Part shown: one piece after another, positions 25,742 to 34,536 of the stretch
Numbering within the stretch: the stretch's first letter is position 1
Layout: each line of letters starts with the position of its first letter
Notes under the pieces: generated by a model
Told to the model about the DNA's origin: nothing
The model's database searches: none
What the model saw: the letters and a program-made list of their open reading frames with translations, nothing else
Virus record (IMG/VR): IMGVR_UViG_3300020388_000004
Coordinates: 1-45,418 of that record
Source: a virus
Lineage: Duplodnaviria; Caudoviricetes
Direction: 5' to 3' (one strand)
Length of the DNA: 45,418 nucleotides
Position numbers and translations under genes: made by a program

Positions 25742-25938
25742 TCACCCTCCCTAATTAACCCCGAAACCGTTACGTTTAACGCTTTTGCTATCCCTTCAAT
25801 TGTCGATAGCCTTGGGTTTCCATTGCTAATTGCTGAGTAAAGGGTCTTTCTATTTACACCCATACGCTCTGCAAGCTCGGTTATAGTTAAGTCTCTATCA
25901 ATACAGAGCTTCTTAACTGCCTTGTGTAGATTTACCAT
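25738..25938 (-). CDS. XRE/Cro-C1 HTH transcriptional regulator
   Basis: LTITELAERMGVNRKTLY....GNPRLSTIEGIAKALNV. Confidence 0.9.
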   Translation of the reverse strand: MVNLHKAVKKLCIDRDLTITELAERMGVNRKTLYSAISNGNPRLSTIEGIAKALNVTVSGLIREGE

Positions 25939-25968
25939 TCTTGCTCCTTTGCCGCTTGGTATGAATAA

Positions 25969-25997
25969 ATAATAGGACTATTCCCTGTTAATTGCAA
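25969..25997 (-). promoter_or_regulatory. Sigma70-like promoter of HTH operon
   Basis: TTGCAA-17-TATTAT with short AATAG/CTATT palindrome overlapping the -10. Confidence 0.55.
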
Positions 25998-26007
25998 CAC
26001 CTTTAGA

Positions 26008-26035
26008 TAAAATAAAACCCCAATTAAGGGGCTTT
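26008..26035 (-). terminator. Terminator after terminase operon
   Basis: AAAGCCCC-TTAATT-GGGGTTTT plus ATTTT. Confidence 0.7.
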
Positions 26036-26051
26036 GAGTTTTGTGGCTAAT

Positions 26052-26240
26052 CTAAAAGCTTCCTTTGTAGTACTTGTCGATTACCTTCTCTAGTGCAGAC
26101 TCAGGAAATTGACCTCCGTCATCGCATTGAATCCATATTGAGTTATCATCCTGGCGAATTAACTCGTACTTTCCAATTGTTAGCTTGCCCTCTGGAGCGG
26201 TTGCAATCGCGTACATTCCAAGCTCTTTTTCATTACTCAT
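26052..26240 (-). CDS. Hypothetical protein
   Basis: 62 aa; GAGG RBS. Confidence 0.6.
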   Translation of the reverse strand: MSNEKELGMYAIATAPEGKLTIGKYELIRQDDNSIWIQCDDGGQFPESALEKVIDKYYKGSF

Positions 26241-26255
26241 TTTATTTCCTCTCTG

Positions 26256-26621
26256 TTAATCTCTACAAATATCTTCCAATGCAAAGCTAATACCTCGCAG
26301 TAACTTCCACTTTCTCTCGAAGTGGTCGCGCTCTTCTGGTGTCTTAGCTCGCTGCTTTCCTGAGTAAGCCACATCAATCATCTGGCTGATACCACCAAAT
26401 GAACCTGCCTCACCATCAATGAGAGTGCCGTAGAGTGCATACTCAACACACGCCTTGGTTTCATCCTTGGTGATGTGCTTACGTTTGGACTGGTGTCGGT
26501 GTTTGATTGCTTCCACTGCAGAGTTGATAACGCAGTTCTTGGTGTAGACTTCTTGGTATTCATCCCACAAAAGGAATAGGGTTTCCTCTTGGGCTTCGGT
26601 GACTAGTTTTAATGCGTTCAT
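26256..26621 (-). CDS. Hypothetical protein downstream of TerL
   Basis: 121-aa ORF. Confidence 0.65.
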   Translation of the reverse strand: MNALKLVTEAQEETLFLLWDEYQEVYTKNCVINSAVEAIKHRHQSKRKHITKDETKACVEYALYGTLIDGEAGSFGGISQMIDVAYSGKQRAKTPEERDHFERKWKLLRGISFALEDICRD

Positions 26622-26637
26622 ATTTTGACTTCCATAG

Positions 26638-28287
26638 TTATAGCCATGACAGACCTGAGTTTACATCACTAATCAGATTGTCGTCTATAGCATCCATCAC
26701 AGTATCGTATTGGTCATCGTAACCGTCTTCTTTGTCTAGTAACACCTCATAGGTCAAAGCGTCACACTCAGATAAGAACGGCATTACCCAATCCGTTGAG
26801 GCTGCGAAGTCGCTATTCCAGTACACAACCTGCTTAACTTGATCGCCTTGCTCGTTGTACGTCATCGGTATCATGATGTCGCCAGCTTTAATCCTAGGCT
26901 GACAGTTGTGATGACGGATTACCTTGTTCTGGTTAGCTCCGCGCTCCTTTGGTTCTACGACAATTCCAGAGGGTGAGTTTTTCTTAAGGTCAGTAATAAG
27001 GCCTTGCCCCGCCTGTTTATCCTCAATAACCATCTTGATAAGTGGTGCCGGGTAGTGATGATCGAACGGTTTCCATTTAGCCCATAGTTCCTCAGCTTTA
27101 ATTTGAAGCTCTGAGGGTGTCCATTTACCACGCTCAATATCGATAATGTACAACTTGCCATCATGACCCATTCCACACAGAGTAAATACCGTGTAGTCGT
27201 TACGGTCGGTTATCTTCCCTGAGTTCGTATCAACGTAAACATACCTAGCTGATAGGTAAGGTAGTCGCTCATAGCGACCGAACCATGCAGTGTCTAGTAA
27301 GCCACCTGATAGCTTGGTAGGCTCTTGCATGTACTGAGATTCAAATGTGTATGAGTCCTTCTCCCATAAATCCACCAACTGATCTACGTGCTCCATCTCT
27401 GGCCAGTATGACCAATATCGAGTGCCGCCAACTACGCGTGAGTCCGTTCCTTTTATTGACTCTCTACATAGTGACTCGTAAGGCTCTGGCAGTTTGGATA
27501 TGTAATCCTCACAAACCAAAGCGGGTATCTTAAGTAGGTCATAGTCGACACCCATTCGTCCTTGAAGGAAAAAGCCGGTTGTGTCATCTACGTGCAGTCT
27601 TTGCTGAATACTTACAAATGGTGTCGGATGCTCTTTAGACTTATCACCACGACGCGATCGGATTGTGTTGGTTAGTCGGCGGTGTGCGCCCTCTCTTCGT
27701 GATTGGGAGAACATGTCGTCCGGCTTGTCCGGATCGTCAAAACATATCATCCCTGAGAACTTCTCACCAAAGTACCCACCACGCTTACCAGTAATCTGAC
27801 CACCAGTAGCGCGAGATACGGTAGTTCCTACAACCTTACCCTTTGCATTGACTACCTCCCACTCTTCAGCTTGGTTAACGCCAAACGTGCAACTCCATAA
27901 CTCTTGATACTCCTTAGAGCCGATGATGTCTCTAGTGCGGCGTGAGTTACCCTTAACTAGTGAGTCAGAGAATGAAAGGTTTAGGTTCCTGAATCTATCA
28001 AGAACCCTAGTTTGAGTGAGTACGTTGGTATAAGCAGGAAGATGAACAGAGAAGAACTCGGTCTTTGTACCACCTGGAGGAATGTTGATTAGCAATGAGC
28101 TAGCGGTCATTTCACCACGGATAAGCTTATCAACCTTCTCGGCCATGTATCGGTGATGCCAGTTAACAAGCAGCTTCTCGCCCTGAATAAGTTCGAACCA
28201 TAGACGAGTAAAATTGAGAAACGACCTCTCTGAATCTACTTTAACTCTGGTTCTACCTTTTAAAGTCAAACTCTCCCACTCAATCAT
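26638..28287 (-). CDS. terL: Terminase large subunit
   Basis: Walker A INIPPGGTKT, Walker B MICFDDP, QQRLH, YMQEP, RNase H-type nuclease YVDT..IEDK..DDQYD. Confidence 0.95.
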   Translation of the reverse strand: MIEWESLTLKGRTRVKVDSERSFLNFTRLWFELIQGEKLLVNWHHRYMAEKVDKLIRGEMTASSLLINIPPGGTKTEFFSVHLPAYTNVLTQTRVLDRFRNLNLSFSDSLVKGNSRRTRDIIGSKEYQELWSCTFGVNQAEEWEVVNAKGKVVGTTVSRATGGQITGKRGGYFGEKFSGMICFDDPDKPDDMFSQSRREGAHRRLTNTIRSRRGDKSKEHPTPFVSIQQRLHVDDTTGFFLQGRMGVDYDLLKIPALVCEDYISKLPEPYESLCRESIKGTDSRVVGGTRYWSYWPEMEHVDQLVDLWEKDSYTFESQYMQEPTKLSGGLLDTAWFGRYERLPYLSARYVYVDTNSGKITDRNDYTVFTLCGMGHDGKLYIIDIERGKWTPSELQIKAEELWAKWKPFDHHYPAPLIKMVIEDKQAGQGLITDLKKNSPSGIVVEPKERGANQNKVIRHHNCQPRIKAGDIMIPMTYNEQGDQVKQVVYWNSDFAASTDWVMPFLSECDALTYEVLLDKEDGYDDQYDTVMDAIDDNLISDVNSGLSWL

Positions 28288-28763
28288 TAGTCAAGACCCA
28301 TATCGTTGAGTAGCTTCTCCTCCTCGGCGTATTGCTCGGGGGTGTATGTTACGTTACCAATCACACCACTATGCTCAGTCTCTTGCTTGTCTCGCCACTC
28401 TTTAGGTTGTCGATTCTTAAGCCAGAATATTTGAGCTGTTGTATCACCTGCTATTTGCTTGTTAACCTTAACTGACTTGGTGCCACTGGTATCAGACTTC
28501 TCTTCTCTCTCCTCGGTGAGAGTGTAACCAATAGCTCGGTTGTATAGAGATTGAACCACTAAGTCGTCTGAATATTTCTTTGCGCTTTTTATGGACTCAA
28601 AAAAGAGAGGGTGATCACCTTTCCAGTTGTTGATTGTCTGCTCTGTTACATCAAAGAAGTCTGCTAGATCTTTATCTGTAAAGCCCTTCTCACACAGTTT
28701 CTTTGCTTGCTCTGCATACTCTTTTTTATACTTGGTAGGTCTACCGTTTTTAGTGCCTTGCAT
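28287..28763 (-). CDS. terS: Terminase small subunit
   Basis: GRPTKY, HTH (LADFFDVTEQTINNW), AQIFWLKNR..WRDK; ATG 28763 with GAGG. Confidence 0.92.
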   Translation of the reverse strand: MQGTKNGRPTKYKKEYAEQAKKLCEKGFTDKDLADFFDVTEQTINNWKGDHPLFFESIKSAKKYSDDLVVQSLYNRAIGYTLTEEREEKSDTSGTKSVKVNKQIAGDTTAQIFWLKNRQPKEWRDKQETEHSGVIGNVTYTPEQYAEEEKLLNDMGLD

Positions 28764-28819
28764 AGGATTTGCCTCGGTAGTGGGTGTTGTTGAATTATAC
28801 ATCATTACCCCTGATATAG

Positions 28820-28843
28820 AAAAACCCCGAATTAACGGGGTTA
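28820..28843 (-). terminator. Rho-independent terminator
   Basis: AACCCCG-TTAATT-CGGGGTTTTT. Confidence 0.72.
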
Positions 28844-28847
28844 GTTG

Positions 28848-29108
28848 TTATTTGTTAGCTCGAATACTTTCTTCAAGATTCATTATGTCTGAGTGCATTT
28901 GCTGATGCAGAGCCTTAGCCCAATCGATAGCTTGACTCCTGCTTGTGGTGTAAAACCAATTTCCACTAGTGTATCTAGAGTATCGCTTAAACTCAGAGCG
29001 GTTAAGAAAGCCGTTGTTATGCTCTCTCCATCCGCATCTAGTTTCCTTTTTTACATCCAGCAACTTAATCCCAGACGAAGAAACTCGGTATAAATCCATA
29101 TCACTCAC
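28848..29108 (-). CDS. Hypothetical protein
   Basis: 86-aa ORF in operon. Confidence 0.6.
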   Translation of the reverse strand: MSDMDLYRVSSSGIKLLDVKKETRCGWREHNNGFLNRSEFKRYSRYTSGNWFYTTSRSQAIDWAKALHQQMHSDIMNLEESIRANK

Positions 29109-29649
29109 CCTCTACTCTGTATCCTGCACCTATCATAGCCCTGACAGTTGTCATAATTGCAAAGCTCGCATAAGCATTCACATTGCAACTATCAACTTCC
29201 TTATCTTTCTTAATTAGATTAATCGCACTCTTGCATAGCTCATTGACCTCACGCTCTTCACGTTGCTGTGGGGTTTCTGGCTTGCGGAAGTGTGCTGGAT
29301 TGCCAACAGTATGCATTGAGTTATCTCGTAGCTTCTCAATCCATGCGAAATCATTATGGCAAGCATGAACAATAACTAGACCCCAGTCGCCGTGATTTAA
29401 ACCGCCACCAATCCACTCACACTCAACACCAACAGGAGGCAATCCATTCACCCACTCTACTTCTTTGGTTTGTGGGATTGGTTTTACAGGCTTTAATGTG
29501 TCGCACATATCCATCGATGGGGCATTAGATGCAATTAACCTCCAGCACCCAAACTCACCACTAAACCACTCGATATATACACCTTGCTCTCGATACCCTG
29601 TCGCACCCTCTGGAATGTTACCTTTCTCTGTCTCAAATGTTTTCATCAC
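29101..29649 (-). CDS. Hypothetical phage protein
   Basis: 182 aa; WVNGLPPVGVECE and AGYR motifs common in phage accessory proteins. Confidence 0.7.
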   Translation of the reverse strand: MMKTFETEKGNIPEGATGYREQGVYIEWFSGEFGCWRLIASNAPSMDMCDTLKPVKPIPQTKEVEWVNGLPPVGVECEWIGGGLNHGDWGLVIVHACHNDFAWIEKLRDNSMHTVGNPAHFRKPETPQQREEREVNELCKSAINLIKKDKEVDSCNVNAYASFAIMTTVRAMIGAGYRVEGE

Positions 29650-29659
29650 TCTTACTCCG

Positions 29660-30040
29660 TTATTTGTTTAGTAGTTCTTTTGCTTCTTCTTTCCAGCTTG
29701 ACGACAAGTGCTCCTCGTACCCCTTATGCCCCTTCGTTCCAAGCTTTGCGTGTATGGGTGATCTTGAAAGCCTCCCAACAAACTCACGTAGCTGTTTATT
29801 CTCTTCTGTTAGCTCAGCGTTCAAGTCACCTGATAGTCTGGATTTAATGCAGTCAGACTCTTCAATATCCATAGGGATACTGCTCAACTCAACAACCTCA
29901 ACATTAACCTCTATGATTTCACACAATCCCGCCTTGAACTTAGCTAGAGCTTCCTCTTCATCCTTAGCCTCACAAGCAAACGTCTGACTTCCGTCGAACG
30001 CAGTAGCTTCAACAATCAACTCCCACTTCTTATCATTCAT
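29660..30040 (-). CDS. Hypothetical protein
   Basis: 126 aa; GGAG RBS. Confidence 0.65.
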   Translation of the reverse strand: MNDKKWELIVEATAFDGSQTFACEAKDEEEALAKFKAGLCEIIEVNVEVVELSSIPMDIEESDCIKSRLSGDLNAELTEENKQLREFVGRLSRSPIHAKLGTKGHKGYEEHLSSSWKEEAKELLNK

Positions 30041-30720
30041 TATTTATCTCCTTCACTAACAAACTTAACTCGGCCGCTATCAAACAACTCAGCAGCAATG
30101 CATGCGAATGACCACTCGCCATCAACACTTAGCTCTGAGCACTTAGACTCAACAAATTCAATAAACTCATCACGCTCTGTGATTTCTGTTTCGATTCTGC
30201 GGTATATGCAAGATCCATCATGCAGCGCATTAGCTAGGTTAATGTTATCACCGCCAAACCCTTCGTAACTTAAGTCTGTGCAATTGACGTACAAATCACC
30301 CTCTTCACTCATTAGTTTGAAGTATTCCCAACGCTCAACAAAGTCGCATCGCTCATATTTAATATTGGTGCGCGGCTTTTCCTCTTCCAATGCCGCCGCT
30401 CGCAGAACGTAGCGCGATGAGTCACCACTCTGCACTATATTTATATTACTGCCGCTGCGGTCTGTTACTCTAACCACGCTGCCGAGCTTGCTTAGGAATA
30501 AATCGCCAATAGTAAACTTATACCCGCCAGCCAAGAACTTCTCAACTGTCATACAGTGGTCGGCAGGGTTGCATTTAGCGATACCTCTATATTCGTAAGT
30601 GTGAGGTGATGGCTCAAGTTCATTTTCACTTACAAACTTTCCAGATTTAGTTAAAACATCGAACCCCGGATTAGAAATCTTAGCTGCTTCGTAACTTTTG
30701 TATACTGTCATCTTTACCAC
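30040..30720 (-). CDS. Hypothetical protein
   Basis: 226 aa; AGAGGA RBS. Confidence 0.7.
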   Translation of the reverse strand: MVKMTVYKSYEAAKISNPGFDVLTKSGKFVSENELEPSPHTYEYRGIAKCNPADHCMTVEKFLAGGYKFTIGDLFLSKLGSVVRVTDRSGSNINIVQSGDSSRYVLRAAALEEEKPRTNIKYERCDFVERWEYFKLMSEEGDLYVNCTDLSYEGFGGDNINLANALHDGSCIYRRIETEITERDEFIEFVESKCSELSVDGEWSFACIAAELFDSGRVKFVSEGDK

Positions 30721-30810
30721 TCCTCTTTAGTTGGTAAAGCAATTATGAATGATTGGCGTAAATAAGAAATAGCTAAAAATGGAAAGTAAGATTGCATTTT
30801 TGATAGACAA

Positions 30811-30840
30811 TAAAAAACCCGCTGATGAGTGCGGGCTTTT
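30811..30840. terminator. Terminator (likely bidirectional)
   Basis: AAAAAA-CCCGC..GCGGG-CTTTT. Confidence 0.65.
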
Positions 30841-30912
30841 GATAGAGTGATGATAAATGAAGAGTGATGACATTTATTCCTCAATGATAGACGTGTAGGT
30901 TTGGTTTGTAAA

Positions 30913-31296
30913 CTAAATTAACCCCTTCACCTTAGCTGCTATCGCTAGTGAGCCAATTAATAGCCATGGCCAGTGCTTTGTTAGGAAGTTTCTACCCTGA
31001 CTTTCCTTGTTTCGCTCATCCAGGATGGTGCGTATCTGCTTACCCTGTTCCTTTTGGTTAGACTCTACACGCTCTTTCCATTCCTTGTCGTACTTCTCAT
31101 GAACGCTTGCCTTGATATCTCTCTCGCACAGCCTATCCACGTTCGCATTAACCTTGTCGACGTTGCCAGCTAGGAATGCCAATGACTCGTTAGTCTTGAT
31201 AACGGACTGATCGACCTTTTCCTCTAACCGGTTAAAGTCGTGCTTTAGGCCTGTAATGTCGTTCTCTAAGTCGGTCATTCTAGCCGCCTCATTCAT
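30913..31296 (-). CDS. Coiled-coil protein with C-terminal TM anchor (holin/XhlA-like candidate)
   Basis: Heptad-rich N-terminus; WPWLLIGSLAIAA C-terminal helix; stand-alone unit. Confidence 0.5.
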   Translation of the reverse strand: MNEAARMTDLENDITGLKHDFNRLEEKVDQSVIKTNESLAFLAGNVDKVNANVDRLCERDIKASVHEKYDKEWKERVESNQKEQGKQIRTILDERNKESQGRNFLTKHWPWLLIGSLAIAAKVKGLI

Positions 31297-31495
31297 ACAA
31301 GACTTCCATAGTAGTTAAGTTATGCTTAATTTTAACACAACAGATAACTCCTAGTACATTGTCAATGGATTTTAAACATCAGTAGTGTATTAATCCATAC
31401 AGCAATGGTTAGGCATGTAGGGATGATTATCACCACTCTTTCAGTATCACTCACAACTTACTCTTCCTGTTTGGTTTCAATGTCGTCTATGTTCA

Positions 31496-32032
31496 TCAGT
31501 ATTTCTTACCGCCTTCTTTAGCTCGATTCTCAAGCTTGTGGTCAGATCTGTGCTTATTGTACTCGACTTTTTCTAGGATTATTTTGTTTAGGTCGAATCC
31601 TTCATTTTTCGCATGCATGAATGAAGCTAGAATTCCACCAGCTAGAATTGAATATGAATCACCCCAATTTCCTTCATCATCTTCGCACAATGCAAGACTT
31701 ACACAGAGGTGCATACCAGCAATAAATCTGGTATCCGTTTGTTCATCAATTTCATCGCCAAGCATGCAACTAGCATCATCGTAGTCGGCCTCACTAAACC
31801 CAACCGAACCCAGGTAATCAAAAACACGAATAACAAAGTCAGCTAGCTCAACATGGAACATTGGATGATGAGGTAGTTTGTCATCCATCAATCCTTTGCG
31901 ATCGCCTTCCATAGCTTCTGATAGCTCAGAGTGGAACAGGCAAACAAACGTGCTAAATGGGCGCTCTTCATTCCACCAGCCAAGCTCTTTGTTTTGTGCG
32001 TGTATTTTATTTTGCAACTCTACTAAATTCAT
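31496..32032 (-). CDS. MazG-like all-alpha NTP pyrophosphohydrolase
   Basis: HSELSEAMEGDRK..ELADFVIRVFD..KVEYNKHR. Confidence 0.82.
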   Translation of the reverse strand: MNLVELQNKIHAQNKELGWWNEERPFSTFVCLFHSELSEAMEGDRKGLMDDKLPHHPMFHVELADFVIRVFDYLGSVGFSEADYDDASCMLGDEIDEQTDTRFIAGMHLCVSLALCEDDEGNWGDSYSILAGGILASFMHAKNEGFDLNKIILEKVEYNKHRSDHKLENRAKEGGKKY

Positions 32033-32079
32033 ATCACTCTTTCCTTATAGCGCTCCGTAGAGCGCATTGTTGAATTAAA

Positions 32080-32433
32080 TTATCCGCGGTTGTTGTTGTA
32101 TTGCTGCTGTTGCGGTTGTTGATACTGTTGTTGTTGCTGTTGTTGATACTGTTGTTGTTGCTGTTGTTGATTATTCTGGTGTCCACCTTGTTGCTGTTGG
32201 TGGTTGTTTTGCTGCCCTTGGTTGTTATTTTGCTCAAAGAAGCTAGCTATTACTGAGTCTTTATTTTCTGGGTTAGGAACACCTGCCGGGTTAAACGTTC
32301 GCTTGATAATGGCAAACTGACCGTTATCACCTTGCATCACAGAGCCGATATTCTCGTAGCGACCTTTCATTCCGCCTTGTCCGTCAGGGTATTCGCCAGT
32401 TTTAACAACGATATCGTAAAGTTTAGTAGCCAT
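32080..32433 (-). CDS. Putative single-stranded DNA-binding protein with Q/N-rich tail
   Basis: GEY.DGQG..KGRYENIG beta core; poly-Q tail; follows ERF and exonuclease. Confidence 0.7.
   Translation of the reverse strand: MATKLYDIVVKTGEYPDGQGGMKGRYENIGSVMQGDNGQFAIIKRTFNPAGVPNPENKDSVIASFFEQNNNQGQQNNHQQQQGGHQNNQQQQQQQYQQQQQQQYQQPQQQQYNNNRG
32091..32230 (-). repeat. CAA/CAG low-complexity repeat encoding the poly-Q tail
   Basis: Plus strand shows repeated ttg/ctg triplets. Confidence 0.85.
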
Positions 32434-33059
32434 TATTTTTCACCTGTTAGTTTGTTGATCATTGATTTCATTTCTTCCACAAAGATAGATACTTTCTCTT
32501 CTAGCTTTGCAATGTATTCCTCGTCACGATAAACGCGAGTCTGAATGTAAGATGCTTCCACATCGATGCGCGGGTCGAAGGATACGAAATCACACCATTG
32601 ACGACCTGTTACCCATAATTGACCTTGAACTTGAGCCTCATAATCACTTGGCAATCCAACATCATCTAGGAAGCGTTTAATTTGCGTTTCTGTGTTAGGG
32701 CACTTAATCTCAAGTAACCCATCTTCGCCGACCAATCCATCAGGACTTACGCCGACGAATTCATTTAACTCTACAAATGCCACCTCTTTGACTTCAACAT
32801 CATTCTTAAGCTCATACATTGCACGAGCTTGAGGTTCCGTCTCTGTTCCCCACTTCATTGCGTCATTCTCAAAGAATGGTAACGGCTCTCCTCGTAGTAT
32901 TTCAGCGATAAGTTTGATCATGTATGTCTTTGCTGTTGCTGATGGTTTGTTACCTCTTCCGTTGGTCATTACATCCTTGAACTTAGATGCTGTAACCTTG
33001 CCTAGTCGAAGCTCTAGCCACTCTTGCGACCCTTGCTCCATTGATTCGATAATATTCAT
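32433..33059 (-). CDS. YqaJ/lambda-type exonuclease
   Basis: QGSQEWLELRLG.VTAS, GTETEPQAR, SPDGL, LEIKCP, YEAQVQGQLW. Confidence 0.93.
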   Translation of the reverse strand: MNIIESMEQGSQEWLELRLGKVTASKFKDVMTNGRGNKPSATAKTYMIKLIAEILRGEPLPFFENDAMKWGTETEPQARAMYELKNDVEVKEVAFVELNEFVGVSPDGLVGEDGLLEIKCPNTETQIKRFLDDVGLPSDYEAQVQGQLWVTGRQWCDFVSFDPRIDVEASYIQTRVYRDEEYIAKLEEKVSIFVEEMKSMINKLTGEK

Positions 33060-33676
33060 TAGCTAGCCGCCTCAAGTATTTGGTCAAACTTCTTAACTTT
33101 AATCTCGTGAAGGTTTGCGAATCGGTAAGCCTGTGAAATCTTAATGCCTTTTTGAGTGTAATTACCGTTGCCATCACACAGAAGATTATAAAGCTGTCTT
33201 TGTTGATCTTCATTAATGTAGTTAACATCGAATGACTCATTTCGGCTTTCGTCATCCTCTCCAGTTTCTAGCGTGAATTGCTTAAGTATTGCCGTCTTAA
33301 CTGCGTAAGTCATCGCCTTTCCTGGAGCTTTATCACCGTTGTCATTTGCGTGAGCTTCTACAGATACAGTTGATCGCTCATCCGGCTTATCCATATTCAC
33401 AAAGTGAACATCGTAAGAGCCAGAGTAAAGACCCATCTTAATTGCTACTGGCTGAGCGTTAAGGTCTCGCATTTGCAGAAACTCGCCGTGTTTTTGCACT
33501 GGCTGAATAACAATTCCATGCTTAACAAGTGCGGAGCGGATAACAGCAACTGCTTGGTCGTGAGTAACAGCCTTGTAATTAGCGCCACCACCACTAACAG
33601 CTTTATCCTTCTTAACGTAATCAACGTCCTTCATAACTGCGTTGATTCGCTGGTAAATATTCAATTCACTCATCAC
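33059..33676 (-). CDS. erf: ERF-family single-strand annealing protein
   Basis: DKAPGKAMTYAVK..ETGEDDE ERF motif. Confidence 0.88.
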   Translation of the reverse strand: MMSELNIYQRINAVMKDVDYVKKDKAVSGGGANYKAVTHDQAVAVIRSALVKHGIVIQPVQKHGEFLQMRDLNAQPVAIKMGLYSGSYDVHFVNMDKPDERSTVSVEAHANDNGDKAPGKAMTYAVKTAILKQFTLETGEDDESRNESFDVNYINEDQQRQLYNLLCDGNGNYTQKGIKISQAYRFANLHEIKVKKFDQILEAAS

Positions 33677-33687
33677 TCTTCACCTTT

Positions 33688-33831
33688 CTACTTACGCTTA
33701 TCGCGCTTTAATTTTTCCTTGATAGCTTCTGAAGCGTAATGACTTTCAGAAACACCGGTTAACTTAGCCTTATCTTCTATACCTTTCGCCACTTCTGGCG
33801 GTAGGTAAAACTTCTTTTGTTTCTTTTCCAT
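33688..33831 (-). CDS. Arc/CopG-like ribbon-helix-helix regulator (47 aa)
   Basis: MEKKQKKFYLPPEVAKGIEDKAKLTGVSESHYASEAIKEKL; ATG 33831 preferred. Confidence 0.75.
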   Translation of the reverse strand: MEKKQKKFYLPPEVAKGIEDKAKLTGVSESHYASEAIKEKLKRDKRK

Positions 33832-33848
33832 ATTTATCTCGTTTCGCC

Positions 33849-33891
33849 TTGACCGTGTAACTAGATTAGTACTATAGTAGTTACAAGTCAA
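33849..33891. promoter_or_regulatory. Symmetric overlapping divergent early promoters/operator
   Basis: TTGAC-cg-TGTAACTA-14 nt-TAGTTACA-a-GTCAA. Confidence 0.65.
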
Positions 33892-33911
33892 CACCAAATG
33901 AGAAATAAATT

Positions 33912-34079
33912 ATGATTAACAAACAACAATGGAAGCGCCGATATATAGATGAGCTATTAGTAGACTTCGACAATACAACTAAAGAGGAATACGCAGACTT
34001 CGAGGTTTACGTTGATGCAATGTGGGAAAGCTTCGATGAGTCGCAAACCATATCAGCGATCGACAGGCTTGAGCGATGA
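33912..34079 (+). CDS. Small acidic hypothetical protein (55 aa)
   Basis: Below cutoff; MINKQQWKRRYIDELLVDF..RLER*. Confidence 0.65.
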   Translation: MINKQQWKRRYIDELLVDFDNTTKEEYADFEVYVDAMWESFDESQTISAIDRLER

Positions 34080-34411
34080 GCCTTAAACAAGCAGTGCGTG
34101 ACGCCTTAGTCGGAAATGACGTAGATGTTCACGCTAAGTTATACGCGCTCCGTATTGAGTGTAGAGAGCGCGGTATACATACAGATGAAGTAACTAGAAT
34201 AGTAAGGTCAGTATTAAATGAAGATAGCAAACCCGCAGCAATGCCAGAACCAGAAGCACCACAACCAGTTACACCCGAAGCGTCGCCAGTTATTCAAGAT
34301 AGACGAGCCGACAAAGAGCTTTCAAGACGTGTACAGTTCAGCGGTGAACCAGTTCAGCAAAGAAAAGATTCAGACTCAATGATATTGAGGATGGCAGATG
34401 ATAAAAAATAG
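34076..34411 (+). CDS. Hypothetical protein
   Basis: 111 aa with Pro-rich linker. Confidence 0.65.
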   Translation: MSLKQAVRDALVGNDVDVHAKLYALRIECRERGIHTDEVTRIVRSVLNEDSKPAAMPEPEAPQPVTPEASPVIQDRRADKELSRRVQFSGEPVQQRKDSDSMILRMADDKK

Positions 34412-34433
34412 GAGCCTTCGGGTTCCTTTTTTA
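34410..34433 (+). terminator. Rho-independent terminator
   Basis: AGGAGCC-TTCG-GGTTCCT plus T-run. Confidence 0.85.
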
Positions 34434-34474
34434 TTGCGTGAGATAAAAAGGGGTAACTTTTTTAATAAAAACCA

Positions 34475-34503
34475 TTGCACCATGATAAAGGTTGTATTAT
34501 TAT
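34475..34503 (+). promoter_or_regulatory. Sigma70-like promoter of KilA-N gene
   Basis: TTGCAC-17-TATTAT. Confidence 0.55.
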
Positions 34504-34536
34504 TCTTACATCGCTTACACCTTTAGAGGGTTAAAA

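Noticed and set aside
25738-25938. CI repressor indicating a temperate lifestyle
   Set aside because: Only a 66-aa HTH with no peptidase domain; no integrase, partition or protelomerase gene was found
32034-32237. Asn-rich 67-aa ORF
   Set aside because: Alternate frame of the CAA/CAG repeat in the SSB tail
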